Assembly (NCBI GenBank): GCA_964507015.1
Contig: CAZDOM010000005.1
Coordinates: 3,654-67,653 of the forward strand
Origin: an uncultured Rikenellaceae bacterium
GTDB lineage: Bacteria; Bacteroidota; Bacteroidia; Bacteroidales; VadinHA17
DNA: 64,000 nucleotides
Direction of reading: 5' to 3'
Part shown: positions 1 to 10,131 of the stretch, piece after piece
How positions within the stretch are numbered: the stretch's first letter is position 1
Layout: every line of letters starts with the position of its first letter
Notes under the pieces: generated by a model
The model's input: only the letters and a program-made list of their open reading frames with translations
Databases searched by the model: none
Told to the model about the DNA's origin: nothing
Position numbers and translations under genes: made by a program

Positions 1-1196
1 TATTTATCAAGTAATTTATGAGGTACAAAAGCCTGTATTGTTCCTGCAAATCCACCTCCATGAACACGCCAGGCTCCCTCTCCCTTAAGAACCAGATCAC
101 TCAGGGCCAGGGCAATGGATACCCCTTGCTCTCTTACATTGCTAGCCGGGAAGATATTCTGATTATACATGTAGGAGCTGTAACCTGAATCGACCACCAT
201 ACCCAGAAAAGCCTTAAAATCATTTTTTTCCAGAGCTACTACCTGATCAACTACCCTCTGGTTATCACCCTGGAAATGTATTGCACGGAGTATTGCCCGG
301 TCTCCCACTTTCTGGCGTATAGAAGGAGCCTTTTCAAGAATCTTTTCAAGAGTCACCTGCCTGAGGACTTTTGCACCCAGTTCAGCAGCAACAGCTTTCA
401 TATCATTCGGTAATGAAGCATACTCATCATTCAGGTCGGCATGACTCCCCCCTGTATCGGTGATGACCAGGGCAAATCCTGTTGAAACAAAATCGAATTC
501 AACTTTTTTTACAACAGGATTTAATGGATCTTTAAAATCAATAGTAATAAGACCACCCATGGCACAGGCAGTCTGATCCATCAATCCACATGGTTTGCCG
601 AAGAAATTGTTTTCAGAATATTGACCTATGATTGCATTTTTTATTGGATCTACCTTCCCATCGTTGAAAAGATGGCTAAGAATAGCCCCGATGAGTACTT
701 CAAAGGAGGCTGAGGAACTTAATCCGGAACCTACGGGAACGCCTCCGTCAATACAAGCATTGAAACCTCCTATTTGATATCCATCAGCTTTAAAACGTGA
801 ACAAATACCTCTTACCAGGGCTGCAGAAGTCAGAAGCTCTTTTTTATCAGGTTCCAACGAGGAGAGATCAACTTCTATTTGCGGATAACCTTCTGACAGA
901 ATATGAATAACATCGGTTCGGTTTTTTGCAGCAACAGCAATATTATCAAGATTAACAGCGCCAGCAAGTACCCTTCCCCAGTTATGATCCGTATGATTCC
1001 CTCCAATTTCAGTACGTCCTGGAGAAGAAAAGAACTCAGCATCAGAAGTACTGAATTCATTAATAAACTGGTTCAAAAGTCTGCTATATCTTTCTCCGTT
1101 GCGTTTCAATTCTTCCTGATCATTACCATATAAATGACGGAAAGTATCATTATCACCATTATTAATTTTATTTAAAAGGTATTCTGCTGTATTCAT
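1..1196 (-). CDS. galK: Galactokinase-family GHMP sugar kinase; the C-terminal end is cut by the window edge
   Basis: Absent from the ORF track because no stop lies in the window. My minus-strand translation from the ATG at 1196-1194 reads MNTAEYLLNKINNGDNDTFRHLYGNDQEELKRNGERYSRLLNQFINEFSTSDAEFFSSPGRTEIGGNHTDHNWGRVLAG. That is the galactokinase N-terminal signature. A GHMP motif VPVGSGLSSSASFE follows near 700-740. A sugar:H+ symporter is adjacent. Confidence 0.7.
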   Translation of the reverse strand, partial: MNTAEYLLNKINNGDNDTFRHLYGNDQEELKRNGERYSRLLNQFINEFSTSDAEFFSSPGRTEIGGNHTDHNWGRVLAGAVNLDNIAVAAKNRTDVIHILSEGYPQIEVDLSSLEPDKKELLTSAALVRGICSRFKADGYQIGGFNACIDGGVPVGSGLSSSASFEVLIGAILSHLFNDGKVDPIKNAIIGQYSENNFFGKPCGLMDQTACAMGGLITIDFKDPLNPVVKKVEFDFVSTGFALVITDTGGSHADLNDEYASLPNDMKAVAAELGAKVLRQVTLEKILEKAPSIRQKVGDRAILRAIHFQGDNQRVVDQVVALEKNDFKAFLGMVVDSGYSSYMYNQNIFPASNVREQGVSIALALSDLVLKGEGAWRVHGGGFAGTIQAFVPHKLLDK

Positions 1197-1259
1197 AGAA
1201 ACATGATTTATATTTCAGGATCTAATGTAAAAATAATAATTGTAAGGTAATAAAATACA

Positions 1260-1289
1260 GAGGTCGTCCCGAATACTCGGGACGGCCTC
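1260..1289 (-). terminator. Intrinsic terminator hairpin between the symporter and the kinase gene
   Basis: 13-bp stem (gaggtcgtcccga / tcgggacggcctc, one G-T pair) with a 4-nt loop. T-rich tracts follow on both strands (ctgtatttta on minus, caattttt on plus). Confidence 0.6.
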
Positions 1290-1314
1290 CAATTTTTCAT
1301 TATTACATATGGAA

Positions 1315-2652
1315 TTATTTATGTTTACTACCAACCAAAGCGTAAAATACAATATAAAGATAACAAATTATGGGAAGGATAAATGCATATCTTACACCCA
1401 TACCATCAGCTATAATGCCCATAAGAACAGGTATAACTGCTCCACCGACAATAAGCATATTAATGAGGCCGGAGGCCATACTGAGTTCTCCTTTATCGAG
1501 ACCGTCAACACCAAGAGCAAATATATTCGGGAACATGATTGAGTTAAAGAATCCTATTGACAGACCTAACCAGAGGATTATCGGGCCATTGGCAAGCATA
1601 ACAACCAACAGAAGGACAGAAGCTATTATCCCGAATACTGCGAGTGATCTGCTTGCATTTCCTCTTCCAAGCTGCATAAACAGATAGTTTACAAGAGCTA
1701 TTCCAGCAAATATAAGTCCATCAGTAATCTGATATCTTACAAACCATCCAACGAACAGGGCAAGTGCCAATACCAATACAGCATACAGATATTTCTTTGA
1801 TTTCTCAACGTTGGAAAGCATAAATGAACCATAAAACCTTCCTACCATTGCACCACCCCAGTACAGAGCTATCATTGCTGCAGCATCTGACTGTAAAATA
1901 CTCAATGCTTCCTGGAAATATCTCTGGAGCATTGCTGCAGAACCAACTTCGGCACCTACATAAAAGAAAATAGCCACGGCACCAAGTATAACGTGAGGGT
2001 ATTTCCAGACACTCTTTCTTTCCACACCCTTGGTGGGGATCTCAGGCAGCTTCAGAAGATATACGGCCACTGCAATTATTATTACTATAATACCTATTAT
2101 CAGAAAAGGCGTAGGTACTGATTTTGCAGCATCAGCAGCGTTCAGTGCAGCATCAGCGGCAACTTTAAATACAAAAACACTAGCTATGATGGGTGCAATG
2201 TATGTTGCAATTGAATTCAACGCCTGTGTAAGATTAAGCCTTCCGGAGGCAGTCTCAGAAGGACCGAGAGCCGTAACATATGGATTTGCGGCAACCTGGA
2301 GAAATACCACACCACCTGCCATAATAAATATGGCAAACAGAAAGAATGGAAAGGATAATGCCTTGGCGGCAGGGAAGAAAAGGAAGCTTCCTGCTGCTAC
2401 AAGCAGAAGGCCAAGAATCACACCCCCTTTATAGCCGATCCTTTTAATAATACCACCGGCTGCAAAGGAGAGGACAAAATAGGTAAAGAAAAAAGCACCA
2501 TTAACCAGCTGAGCTTCAGCATTTGACAGATCAAAGACTGCCTTGAACTTATCAGCCAGGGTGATGTTAAAAGTTGTTACGAACCCAAACAGGAAGAAAA
2601 TCATCCCCATAAAGGCCATGCCAACTGCTTGTGTATTTTTCTGTTGTGTCAT
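1315..2652 (-). CDS. MFS sugar:H+ symporter, FucP/GluP (glucose/galactose or fucose permease) family
   Basis: 445-aa polytopic protein. The N-terminus FLFGFVTTFNITLADKFKAVFDLSNAEAQLVNGAFFFTYF is typical of the FucP/GluP family. It lies directly upstream of the galactokinase-like gene. Confidence 0.8.
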   Translation of the reverse strand: MTQQKNTQAVGMAFMGMIFFLFGFVTTFNITLADKFKAVFDLSNAEAQLVNGAFFFTYFVLSFAAGGIIKRIGYKGGVILGLLLVAAGSFLFFPAAKALSFPFFLFAIFIMAGGVVFLQVAANPYVTALGPSETASGRLNLTQALNSIATYIAPIIASVFVFKVAADAALNAADAAKSVPTPFLIIGIIVIIIAVAVYLLKLPEIPTKGVERKSVWKYPHVILGAVAIFFYVGAEVGSAAMLQRYFQEALSILQSDAAAMIALYWGGAMVGRFYGSFMLSNVEKSKKYLYAVLVLALALFVGWFVRYQITDGLIFAGIALVNYLFMQLGRGNASRSLAVFGIIASVLLLVVMLANGPIILWLGLSIGFFNSIMFPNIFALGVDGLDKGELSMASGLINMLIVGGAVIPVLMGIIADGMGVRYAFILPIICYLYIVFYALVGSKHK

Positions 2653-2791
2653 AGTTAGATTTTTTGGTTAAACAAATTAACTTTCTGCTTCTTTTGATCA
2701 AGGTAAAATTACATTTTAAGATCGATTTTCAAACAGATAGAGATTAATTATTAAAAATATTTTAAACAATTATCTTCATTTTGTGAATAAC

Positions 2792-2799
2792 TATATTTG
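2792..2799 (+). promoter_or_regulatory. Bacteroidota -7 promoter element TAnnTTTG upstream of truA
   Basis: tatatttg lies 13 nt upstream of the GTG start at 2812. Confidence 0.45.
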
Positions 2800-2811
2800 C
2801 AAAAAGACTAA

Positions 2812-3567
2812 GTGAATAACAGGTACTTTATATTCTTTTCCTACAGAGGCACTTTCTACCATGGCTGGCAGGTTCAGCCACGCAGTATTACTGTACAGCA
2901 AACACTTGATAATACACTTTCAACAATACTTAATGAGAGTATAAAAACAACTGGCGCCGGGAGGACTGACACGGGAGTTCATGCACTGGCTTTCTGTGCG
3001 CATTTTGATAGTATGAAGGCTGACCTGATGCTTCGTAACAACCTTATATACAGGCTTAACCGTTTTCTCCCAAAGGATATTTCAATAAGCCGTATTACAA
3101 AGGTAAATGATGATGCCCATGCAAGATTCAGCGCTGTATCGAGAACATACAGATACTATATTTCCGGAATAAAGGACCCCTTCAGGGAAGATCTATCATG
3201 GTATATAAATGGCAACCTGGATATAATAAGTATGAATAAGGCATGCAGGCTGCTATTAAAGCATGAGGATTTTACAAGCTTCAGCAGATTGCATTCAGAT
3301 ACTAAAACAAATTTGTGTAAAATATTCCATGCAGAATGGACAGAACGGGAAAACATGCTGGTTTTCACTATTAAGTCAGACAGGTTTCTAAGGAATATGG
3401 TAAGAGCTATTACGGGTACAATGGTTGATATTGGCAGAGGTAAAACATCCATAAAGCAATTTGATGAAATGATAAAAGCTAAGGACCGCTGTAAAGCTGG
3501 TAAATCAGCACCCGCTGCAGGATTGTTCCTGGAAGATATTGAATACCCCCGGGAGATATTTATTTAA
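2812..3567 (+). CDS. truA: tRNA pseudouridine(38-40) synthase TruA
   Basis: YRGTFYHGWQVQP and GAGRTDTGVHA catalytic-Asp motif; 251 aa; GTG start. Confidence 0.9.
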   Translation: MNNRYFIFFSYRGTFYHGWQVQPRSITVQQTLDNTLSTILNESIKTTGAGRTDTGVHALAFCAHFDSMKADLMLRNNLIYRLNRFLPKDISISRITKVNDDAHARFSAVSRTYRYYISGIKDPFREDLSWYINGNLDIISMNKACRLLLKHEDFTSFSRLHSDTKTNLCKIFHAEWTERENMLVFTIKSDRFLRNMVRAITGTMVDIGRGKTSIKQFDEMIKAKDRCKAGKSAPAAGLFLEDIEYPREIFI

Positions 3568-3579
3568 ACAAAAATGGTA

Positions 3580-4332
3580 TTACAGATCATTATCATTCCA
3601 TATCTCCCATGATCTTTCAGCCTGGGAATGAAGCATCTTCAATCCGGTAATTATTTTACAACCCCGCTCCTGCCCCATTTTCAGGAATAGGGTTATTTCA
3701 GGATTATATACGAGGTCGAACAGTATATGATTGTCATTTAACTGGTTGTAGTCAATTTCAGGTGAGGAATCTGTATCCGGGAACATTCCAAGCGGTGTTG
3801 TATTCACCAGGATATTTGTTTTATTCATTAATTCGGGACTTATCTGTTTATATGTAATTGATCCCGGCTTTTCAGTTCTGGAAACTAGTGTAATGTACAT
3901 TCCCATTTCTTCAAGAACATAATGGACAGCTTTAGAACCCCCGCCGGTACCAAAGATCAGGGCATTTTTAACATTCCCTTTTACATAAGAAATCAGGGAA
4001 TCCCTGATACCGTAAACATCACTGTTATATCCAAATATATAAGCTTCCCCGGCCTTCCGTTTGATTTTCAATACATTGACTGCACCTATATCTTTAATCT
4101 CAGGACTTGTTTCATCGATATATTTCAGAATTTCAGTTTTATATGGAATTGTAACGTTCAACCCGCATAGTTCAGGATTCCCGGTAACAAAAGTCTTAAA
4201 GCCATCCAGGCTTTGCATTGGATAATTTTCATACGAACAATTCTTAATATTTTCCCTGCTGAATTTCTCAGAAAAATATTTCTTTGAGAAAGAGTGGCCC
4301 AGGGGATATCCAATAAGTCCGAATCTTCTCAT
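3580..4332 (-). CDS. aroE: Shikimate 5-dehydrogenase
   Basis: FGLIGYPLGHSFSKKYF N-terminus and a GTGGGSKAV Rossmann motif. The track start at 4341 is TTG; the ATG at 4332 (MRRFGLIGYP) is the more likely start. Confidence 0.85.
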   Translation of the reverse strand: MRRFGLIGYPLGHSFSKKYFSEKFSRENIKNCSYENYPMQSLDGFKTFVTGNPELCGLNVTIPYKTEILKYIDETSPEIKDIGAVNVLKIKRKAGEAYIFGYNSDVYGIRDSLISYVKGNVKNALIFGTGGGSKAVHYVLEEMGMYITLVSRTEKPGSITYKQISPELMNKTNILVNTTPLGMFPDTDSSPEIDYNQLNDNHILFDLVYNPEITLFLKMGQERGCKIITGLKMLHSQAERSWEIWNDNDL

Positions 4333-4368
4333 ACCAGTCAAAAATGAGGTTACACCGGAAGTGGTTTC

Positions 4369-5145
4369 TTATTTATTTTTCAGGTTATCCGGCAGAAACT
4401 GAAAGAAAGTATCACCCCTAAGACCTAAGCGAAGGGATTCAAGCGGTATGATTTCACCAGGGGCAATATTACCAAGGTTTACATTTGCTCCAAAGTGTTT
4501 AATGAACCATGCTTGCTGAGATTTCATCGGGGCTTCCCAGATTACGTTCTCCAGTTTGACATGTTCTGATATTGCATCAATTATCTGGCTATTAATAGAT
4601 CCATCTTCATTATAAATACCCGTAGTTCCAGATTCACGGGCTTCAGCGATCACTTTAACAGATCCTGCATTCAATTCTGTCCGCATCATAGCCACCCACT
4701 GATCAGGAGTATAGACGATCTCTTTCTTTTTAGAACCGACCTCTGAAATTACTGTTCTCCTGCTGGCAATTTCCTTAATGTAATCAAGTTTTTCGGAATG
4801 GTCAATGTCATATGAACCATCAGAAACTTCTACCAGTTCAATCTCACAATCATCCAGAAATTTGATAAACTCTTTAAACATATCCCGTATAACAAAAGCT
4901 TCAAATAGGGTCCCTCCGAAATATGGAACAGTACCTGCTTCTTTATAGAGCCTGATCTTCTTTTTGAATTCGGGAGTTATCAGGGATGTTCCGAATCCCA
5001 GTTTTACATAATCGGTATAATCACGACCAACGGACATAAAGTCTTCAGCTTGCCTGATACTCAGACCCTTATCCATAACCATTGTCAGTCCGGAATCCCT
5101 GGGTTTGGGAGGACGATCCGGCAAATAAGGCAATATATTTTTCAT
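4369..5145 (-). CDS. (2R)-phospho-3-sulfolactate synthase (ComA family)
   Basis: LPDRPPKPRDSGLTMVMDKGLS...DYVKLGFGTS...VEVSDG matches my recollection of the ComA/YitD family; 258 aa. Confidence 0.7.
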   Translation of the reverse strand: MKNILPYLPDRPPKPRDSGLTMVMDKGLSIRQAEDFMSVGRDYTDYVKLGFGTSLITPEFKKKIRLYKEAGTVPYFGGTLFEAFVIRDMFKEFIKFLDDCEIELVEVSDGSYDIDHSEKLDYIKEIASRRTVISEVGSKKKEIVYTPDQWVAMMRTELNAGSVKVIAEARESGTTGIYNEDGSINSQIIDAISEHVKLENVIWEAPMKSQQAWFIKHFGANVNLGNIAPGEIIPLESLRLGLRGDTFFQFLPDNLKNK

Positions 5146-5153
5146 TTAAGTAT

Positions 5154-6566
5154 TTAAATAAGGTTATTCTTTTCCAATAGTCTTATTACACCGGGTGTAA
5201 GAATATCAGATGTATAAAGGTCAATAAATTCCTTGTACAGCTCCTTATCCTGACCGATAGCCAGTTGTAAATGTTTAAGGGCTTCTTCAGGAGAAGCTGT
5301 TCGCAAATAAAAAGCAGCAAGAATAAAGTTAATGCCGGGGACATCTCCTGTTACCTTGTAAGCATGTCTTAGATAGGGAATTGCCCTGGAGACAAGGTTC
5401 TCTTTCATGATAATCAGACCAAGGACAGACCACACTTCGCCATAATATGGATCAAGTTTCAGGGCTTCCCTGAAACATCTTAAAGCTGCCTTCTTTTCAT
5501 CTCTTGCATAGTGAGCTTTGCCAAGCAGATACCAAAATTCAGGATTCTCATCGTCGAGTTTTACTGCTTTTCTGAAATAAATAAGGCTATCATCAATATT
5601 TCCGCTATTGAGTTCTATGACTCCTAGTCCGAACCATGGATCAGCATACTCCGGGGCAAGCTCAAGCGCATCATGATAATATTTCCTTGCCAGTGTTATT
5701 TCATCCGCCTTTTCATAACATTCCGCAAGATAGGTTAATGCCTCCACGCTATCATCCTCAAATTCAAGATATTCAAGATAAACAGGGATTGCATCAGCAT
5801 AACGCTCAAGATTGTACAGAATATTTGCTTTGTTAAAAATGGCAAATGAGTTCTGATCATTAATGACAAGAGCATAATCATAAGCTTCTATGGCCTTTTC
5901 AGGCATCTCTGTTTTGTTGTAAATAATACCAAGGTTATACCATGCACTGTCAGAAAATGGGTCATCTTCAAGGTATTGTAAGTAATATTGAATACTGTTA
6001 TTAAAATCGCCTGTCTTTTCGTAAGCAAATGCGAGGTCGTAAAGATGAGCCTTGAAATTTGGTTCGAGTTCTATCAGCTTAAGCAGATATGGTATTAAAT
6101 GCTCATAATAATTTAGATTCTGTAAAACCGAGACTATTGAGAATAGAATATTTTCAGTATCATCGGAATCCTGTTCCAATGCATGGTCGAACATTTTTTT
6201 TGCGCCCTGAATATCACCAAGAATACCCATAGCAGTACCCTTGACAATATAAATTTCATGGTTGCCAGGCTCAATGTTTTCCAGTTTTCTAAGTATTTTC
6301 AGTGTCTCAACTGCTCTTCCCTTGTCGAGTAAAACTTTTGCTTTCCTAAGTTGAATTGAAACTGAATTGGGATGTTGTTTTGTTGCGAGCAGTGCAGCTT
6401 CCAGTGCTTTACCTGAATTGTTGCTCTCAATATAGTAATCAATAATTGACTCAAATTCAATAACATCAAAGAAATAACTTTCATTATTCTTTCTCATTCT
6501 CTCGAACTTAAGAACTGCCTGTTTTATTTCATCTTCATATGATAATCCAAACTTTTCCTCTTCCAT
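5154..6566 (-). CDS. Tetratricopeptide-repeat protein
   Basis: About 470 aa with many 34-residue TPR-like units (W/Y..LG..Y.....A...Y..AL...P). The ATG at 6566 follows the GTG listed at 6569. Confidence 0.8.
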   Translation of the reverse strand: MEEEKFGLSYEDEIKQAVLKFERMRKNNESYFFDVIEFESIIDYYIESNNSGKALEAALLATKQHPNSVSIQLRKAKVLLDKGRAVETLKILRKLENIEPGNHEIYIVKGTAMGILGDIQGAKKMFDHALEQDSDDTENILFSIVSVLQNLNYYEHLIPYLLKLIELEPNFKAHLYDLAFAYEKTGDFNNSIQYYLQYLEDDPFSDSAWYNLGIIYNKTEMPEKAIEAYDYALVINDQNSFAIFNKANILYNLERYADAIPVYLEYLEFEDDSVEALTYLAECYEKADEITLARKYYHDALELAPEYADPWFGLGVIELNSGNIDDSLIYFRKAVKLDDENPEFWYLLGKAHYARDEKKAALRCFREALKLDPYYGEVWSVLGLIIMKENLVSRAIPYLRHAYKVTGDVPGINFILAAFYLRTASPEEALKHLQLAIGQDKELYKEFIDLYTSDILTPGVIRLLEKNNLI

Positions 6567-6585
6567 CACACTAAAAAATAATTCA

Positions 6586-6593
6586 CAAAAATA
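6586..6593 (-). promoter_or_regulatory. TAnnTTTG -7 element for the TPR-comA-aroE string
   Basis: The plus strand reads caaaaata, which is TATTTTTG on the minus strand, 20 nt upstream of the ATG at 6566. Confidence 0.4.
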
Positions 6594-6820
6594 ATACTAT
6601 TTTTAAGAAGGTCTGACCCTCCGGCAATCAATTATTAACAATCGGTTGATTTTTCAAACAATTAGTTTTCAACATAATAGAGCAAAAAACCTGGATTCAT
6701 GAAATTTTTTAATCTGGCAACGCAACCTATAGAGCTAAATATTCATCTTTCATTTATAAAACTGGAATTAATACCCTATACCCAATTTACCCTAGAATTA
6801 ACCTAAATTCTACCTCGAGA

Positions 6821-6850
6821 AAAGCCGGGAACCTTCCCGGTTTTTCGTTT
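6821..6850. terminator. Orphan bidirectional intrinsic-terminator-like hairpin between divergent genes
   Basis: aaagccggga-acct-tcccggtttt: a 6-bp GC-rich stem that A/T flanks can extend, followed by tttttcgtttt. No annotated gene ends here. Confidence 0.5.
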
Positions 6851-6908
6851 TATAGTATAATACTTTTTATTAATATCTTTACGTTTTACATTATCAAAAG
6901 ATTATCAA

Positions 6909-7916
6909 ATGAAAAAGATAATACCAAAAATTACTCTTTTTACAGTTTCAGGGATATTACTCATATTAATCTGTTTTACTTCCTGTAAAAAAACAGAAAA
7001 TCCAATAAAATATCTATATGGAACATTCCCCGACTCTGTATATAATCTTAATAATATCAATTCAGCTTTTGATGATTATAATACTGACTGTTACCAGTTA
7101 TATGGAGAAATATATATATTGTTTTCAAGCAACCGCGGCAGTTCAGGAGGACAATATGATTTTGTACAGGGAATGATATCATTCGTTTTTGATCAGACAA
7201 CAGGGGAATTCGGTTATACAAGTAATACAAGTAATATCCCACTCCTTTCAAGTCTGATGAATGCAGCAAATACAGCAGGGAATGATTTTGGCCCCTACAG
7301 TTTTTTCAGTACGGTTGACGGATACGAATATCTTATAACATCATCGGAAAATAATGAAGGAGATCTTGATTTCTATTATTTTAAGAACAGGCCAGCTTTT
7401 GGTACCCTGGTACCGGATATTTTAGGTCCCTTTCCTTCAACACTTCTCAACACATCAGCCAATGATGCATATATCTGTTTTAATACAAATCAGGACTCTG
7501 CTTATTTCTCTTCTGATGTTGATGGTAATTATGATATTTATTGTAAAACCATCCCGGAAGAAACCGAAATCGACGAATGGTTGGGTGGTGATTACTCTAC
7601 ATCAGAAAAAATAGACAGTATAAACAGTTCAGGTAATGAAAAGTGTCCCATTGTATTCAGGGACATAATGTTCTTTGTCTCTGACCGGCCGGGAGGTTTG
7701 GGTGGATATGATCTGTATTATTCAGTATTTAAAAACGGGAATTGGAATTCACCAAAGAATATGGGGCCGGGTATAAACAGCTCCTCTGATGAGTTCAGGC
7801 CCAGACTATGGTACCATTACGATTTTACGAATTATTTCCTGGTATTCTCATCTGACAGACCCGGGGGAAATGGAGGATTTGACCTCTATTTTAAAGGTTT
7901 GGACCTTCCGGATTAG
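6909..7916 (+). CDS. Lipoprotein with PD40/TolB-like beta-propeller repeats
   Basis: Signal peptide plus lipobox (LICFTSC). Repeated [10 protein letters not shown] / [16 protein letters not shown] / [16 protein letters not shown] motifs are typical of PD40 repeats. Confidence 0.7.
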   Translation: MKKIIPKITLFTVSGILLILICFTSCKKTENPIKYLYGTFPDSVYNLNNINSAFDDYNTDCYQLYGEIYILFSSNRGSSGGQYDFVQGMISFVFDQTTGEFGYTSNTSNIPLLSSLMNAANTAGNDFGPYSFFSTVDGYEYLITSSENNEGDLDFYYFKNRPAFGTLVPDILGPFPSTLLNTSANDAYICFNTNQDSAYFSSDVDGNYDIYCKTIPEETEIDEWLGGDYSTSEKIDSINSSGNEKCPIVFRDIMFFVSDRPGGLGGYDLYYSVFKNGNWNSPKNMGPGINSSSDEFRPRLWYHYDFTNYFLVFSSDRPGGNGGFDLYFKGLDLPD

Positions 7917-8785
7917 ACAGAATTTGTTACAGCAAAAAGCGTATTTCTAAGGAGAGATACACGTGTCATTGGACCGACACCCCCAGGTACAGGAGTAATG
8001 TAAGAGCATTTCGGTGCCACATTAACGAAATCGACATCACCGGCAAGTCTCCATCCTGTCATGGTTCCGGGTGCTTCTATACGGGTAGTTCCCACATCAA
8101 TTACGACAGCATCATTTTTTATCATATCAGCTTTGACAAATGAAGGAGAACCCATTGCTGCTATTATTATATCTGCCTCTTTTACAATATCTTCCAGGTT
8201 CTTTGTTCGGCTGTGTACTACAGTAACAGTTGAATCAATTCCTTTTTGTGAAAGCAAAATACTCACCGGTCTTCCAACAATATTACTCCTTCCAATTACT
8301 ACACATTTTTTACCTGAGGTTTCGATATTATACCTTTTTATGAGTTCTACAATACCGTATGGTGTTGCCGGCAGGAAACCCGGAAGGCCGATTACCATCC
8401 TTCCAATGTTGACAGGATGAAATCCATCCACATCCTTAGAAGGATCTATTGATTCAATTACTTTATTTTCATTTATATGGTCAGGTAGTGGCAGTTGTAC
8501 TATAAAACCATCTATTTCAGCATCATTATTGAGTTCCGCTATCTTATCAAGCAGCAGAGCTTCCGGTATATTCTCATCCAATGTAATGAGTGTTGATTTG
8601 AAACCCACTTCATCACAATCTTTTACCTTATTTGCCACGTATGTCTGGCTTGAAGGGTTTGTCCCAACAAGAACAGTTGCCAGGTGAGGGATTTTCCTGC
8701 CATCTTCCCTTAGTTTTTTTACTTCATCAGCAATATCATGTCTGATCTCTGATGCAATTTTTTTCCCATCAATTAATATATACAT
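7913..8785 (-). CDS. folD: Bifunctional methylene-THF dehydrogenase / methenyl-THF cyclohydrolase
   Basis: IIDGKKIA...[16 protein letters not shown]...C...G...VQLPLP...VDGFHP.N.G...TP.G...[14 protein letters not shown]: a full-length FolD pattern. Confidence 0.92.
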   Translation of the reverse strand: MYILIDGKKIASEIRHDIADEVKKLREDGRKIPHLATVLVGTNPSSQTYVANKVKDCDEVGFKSTLITLDENIPEALLLDKIAELNNDAEIDGFIVQLPLPDHINENKVIESIDPSKDVDGFHPVNIGRMVIGLPGFLPATPYGIVELIKRYNIETSGKKCVVIGRSNIVGRPVSILLSQKGIDSTVTVVHSRTKNLEDIVKEADIIIAAMGSPSFVKADMIKNDAVVIDVGTTRIEAPGTMTGWRLAGDVDFVNVAPKCSYITPVPGGVGPMTRVSLLRNTLFAVTNSV

Positions 8786-8794
8786 ATCTGAAGA

Positions 8795-10117
8795 TTATCT
8801 TCGCCCCATAAGTCTTGCAGCAGGGTTACCGCCTTTTGTAACCATCTTCATCATTTTACGTGTCTCATCAAACTGTTTCAGAAGCTTATTCACCTCCTGA
8901 ACAGATGTACCACTACCCTCAGCAATTCTTTTTCGTCTGCTGCCATTTATAATTACCGGATTACTTCTCTCGCCGGGAGTCATACTACGTATAATTGCCT
9001 CTATACCTTTGAAAGCATTATCATCAATATCCAGATCTTTTACGGCTTTACCGACGCCTGGGATCATTGTCATCAGGTCTTTTACATTACCCATTTTCTT
9101 TATTTGCTGGATCTGTGATATAAAATCATTAAAATCGAACTGGTCTCTGGCAATTTTTTTCTGAAGCTTCCGGGCCTCCTCGACATCATATTGTTCCTGG
9201 GCTTTTTCTACCAAGGAAACGATATCTCCCATACCGAGTATCCTGTCTGCCATTCGGGCCGGGTAGAAGATATCTATGGCATCCATTTTTTCTCCGGTAC
9301 TGACAAACTTTACCGGTTTATCTACCACTGAGCGAATGGAAAGTGCTGCACCACCTCTTGTATCACCATCAAGCTTTGTAAGAACCACTCCGTCGAAATC
9401 GAGTCTGTCATTAAATTCTTTTGCCGTATTTACAGCATCCTGACCTGTCATTGAATCAACTACAAAGAGTATTTCATGAGGATTAACTGCGTTTTTTATT
9501 AATGATATTTCGTTCATCATCTCTTCGTCAACAGCCAGACGGCCTGCAGTGTCTATTATTACAACATCATAACCCTTCTTTTTTGCTTCCCTGACAGAAT
9601 TCTTTGCAATCTGTACAGGATTCATATTACCATCTTCTGTATACACAGGAACTTCTACCTGAGATCCAATAACCATAAGCTGTTCAATAGCTGCCGGACG
9701 ATACACATCGCCGGCAACCAGCAGGGGTGTTTTCCCTTTTTTCCCAGCGACCCATTTGGCAAGTTTCCCACTGAAAGTTGTCTTTCCGGATCCTTGAAGA
9801 CCTGCGATAAGTATTACTGCCGGATTAAATTTTATGTTTATATCGGTCTTATCACCACCCATCAGAGCTGCAAGTTCATCATGGACGATCTTGACAATCA
9901 TCTGGGACGGATTTATTGATTTAAGGACCTCCTGCCCTAGTGCTTCCGCCTTTACAGTATCAGTAAATTGTTTAGCTGTTTTGAAGCTGACATCAGCATC
10001 CAGGAGGGCTCTTCGTACCTCCTTAAGTGTCTCGGCAATATTTATCTCCGATATTCTTCCCTGTCCCTTAAGTATCTTAAAGGATCTTTCAAGCCGTTCA
10101 CTTAAATTCTCAAACAT
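8795..10117 (-). CDS. ffh: Signal recognition particle protein Ffh
   Basis: MFENLSERL start, [10 protein letters not shown]-loop, DTAGRL, and a Met-rich M domain at the C-terminus. Confidence 0.95.
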   Translation of the reverse strand: MFENLSERLERSFKILKGQGRISEINIAETLKEVRRALLDADVSFKTAKQFTDTVKAEALGQEVLKSINPSQMIVKIVHDELAALMGGDKTDINIKFNPAVILIAGLQGSGKTTFSGKLAKWVAGKKGKTPLLVAGDVYRPAAIEQLMVIGSQVEVPVYTEDGNMNPVQIAKNSVREAKKKGYDVVIIDTAGRLAVDEEMMNEISLIKNAVNPHEILFVVDSMTGQDAVNTAKEFNDRLDFDGVVLTKLDGDTRGGAALSIRSVVDKPVKFVSTGEKMDAIDIFYPARMADRILGMGDIVSLVEKAQEQYDVEEARKLQKKIARDQFDFNDFISQIQQIKKMGNVKDLMTMIPGVGKAVKDLDIDDNAFKGIEAIIRSMTPGERSNPVIINGSRRKRIAEGSGTSVQEVNKLLKQFDETRKMMKMVTKGGNPAARLMGRR

Positions 10118-10131
10118 TTCTTAAAATTTTT

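Noticed and set aside
875-1133. Two small ORFs (61 and 76 aa) from the track
   Set aside because: Both lie inside the long open galactokinase-like frame on the minus strand, or antisense to it. That frame carries clear family motifs, while these ORFs are low-complexity and have no motifs.
2030-2434. A 134-aa ORF antisense to the MFS transporter (similar cases: 13528-14001, 14649-15038, 38378-38818, 18036-18881)
   Set aside because: These are long antisense ORFs within well-supported genes. They have biased composition and no motifs, and I see no independent promoter or terminator signals.
7913-7916. A 4-nt overlap of the convergent stop codons of the PD40 lipoprotein gene and folD
   Set aside because: The overlap is real but a common compaction feature. 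No hairpin or other signal is associated with it.
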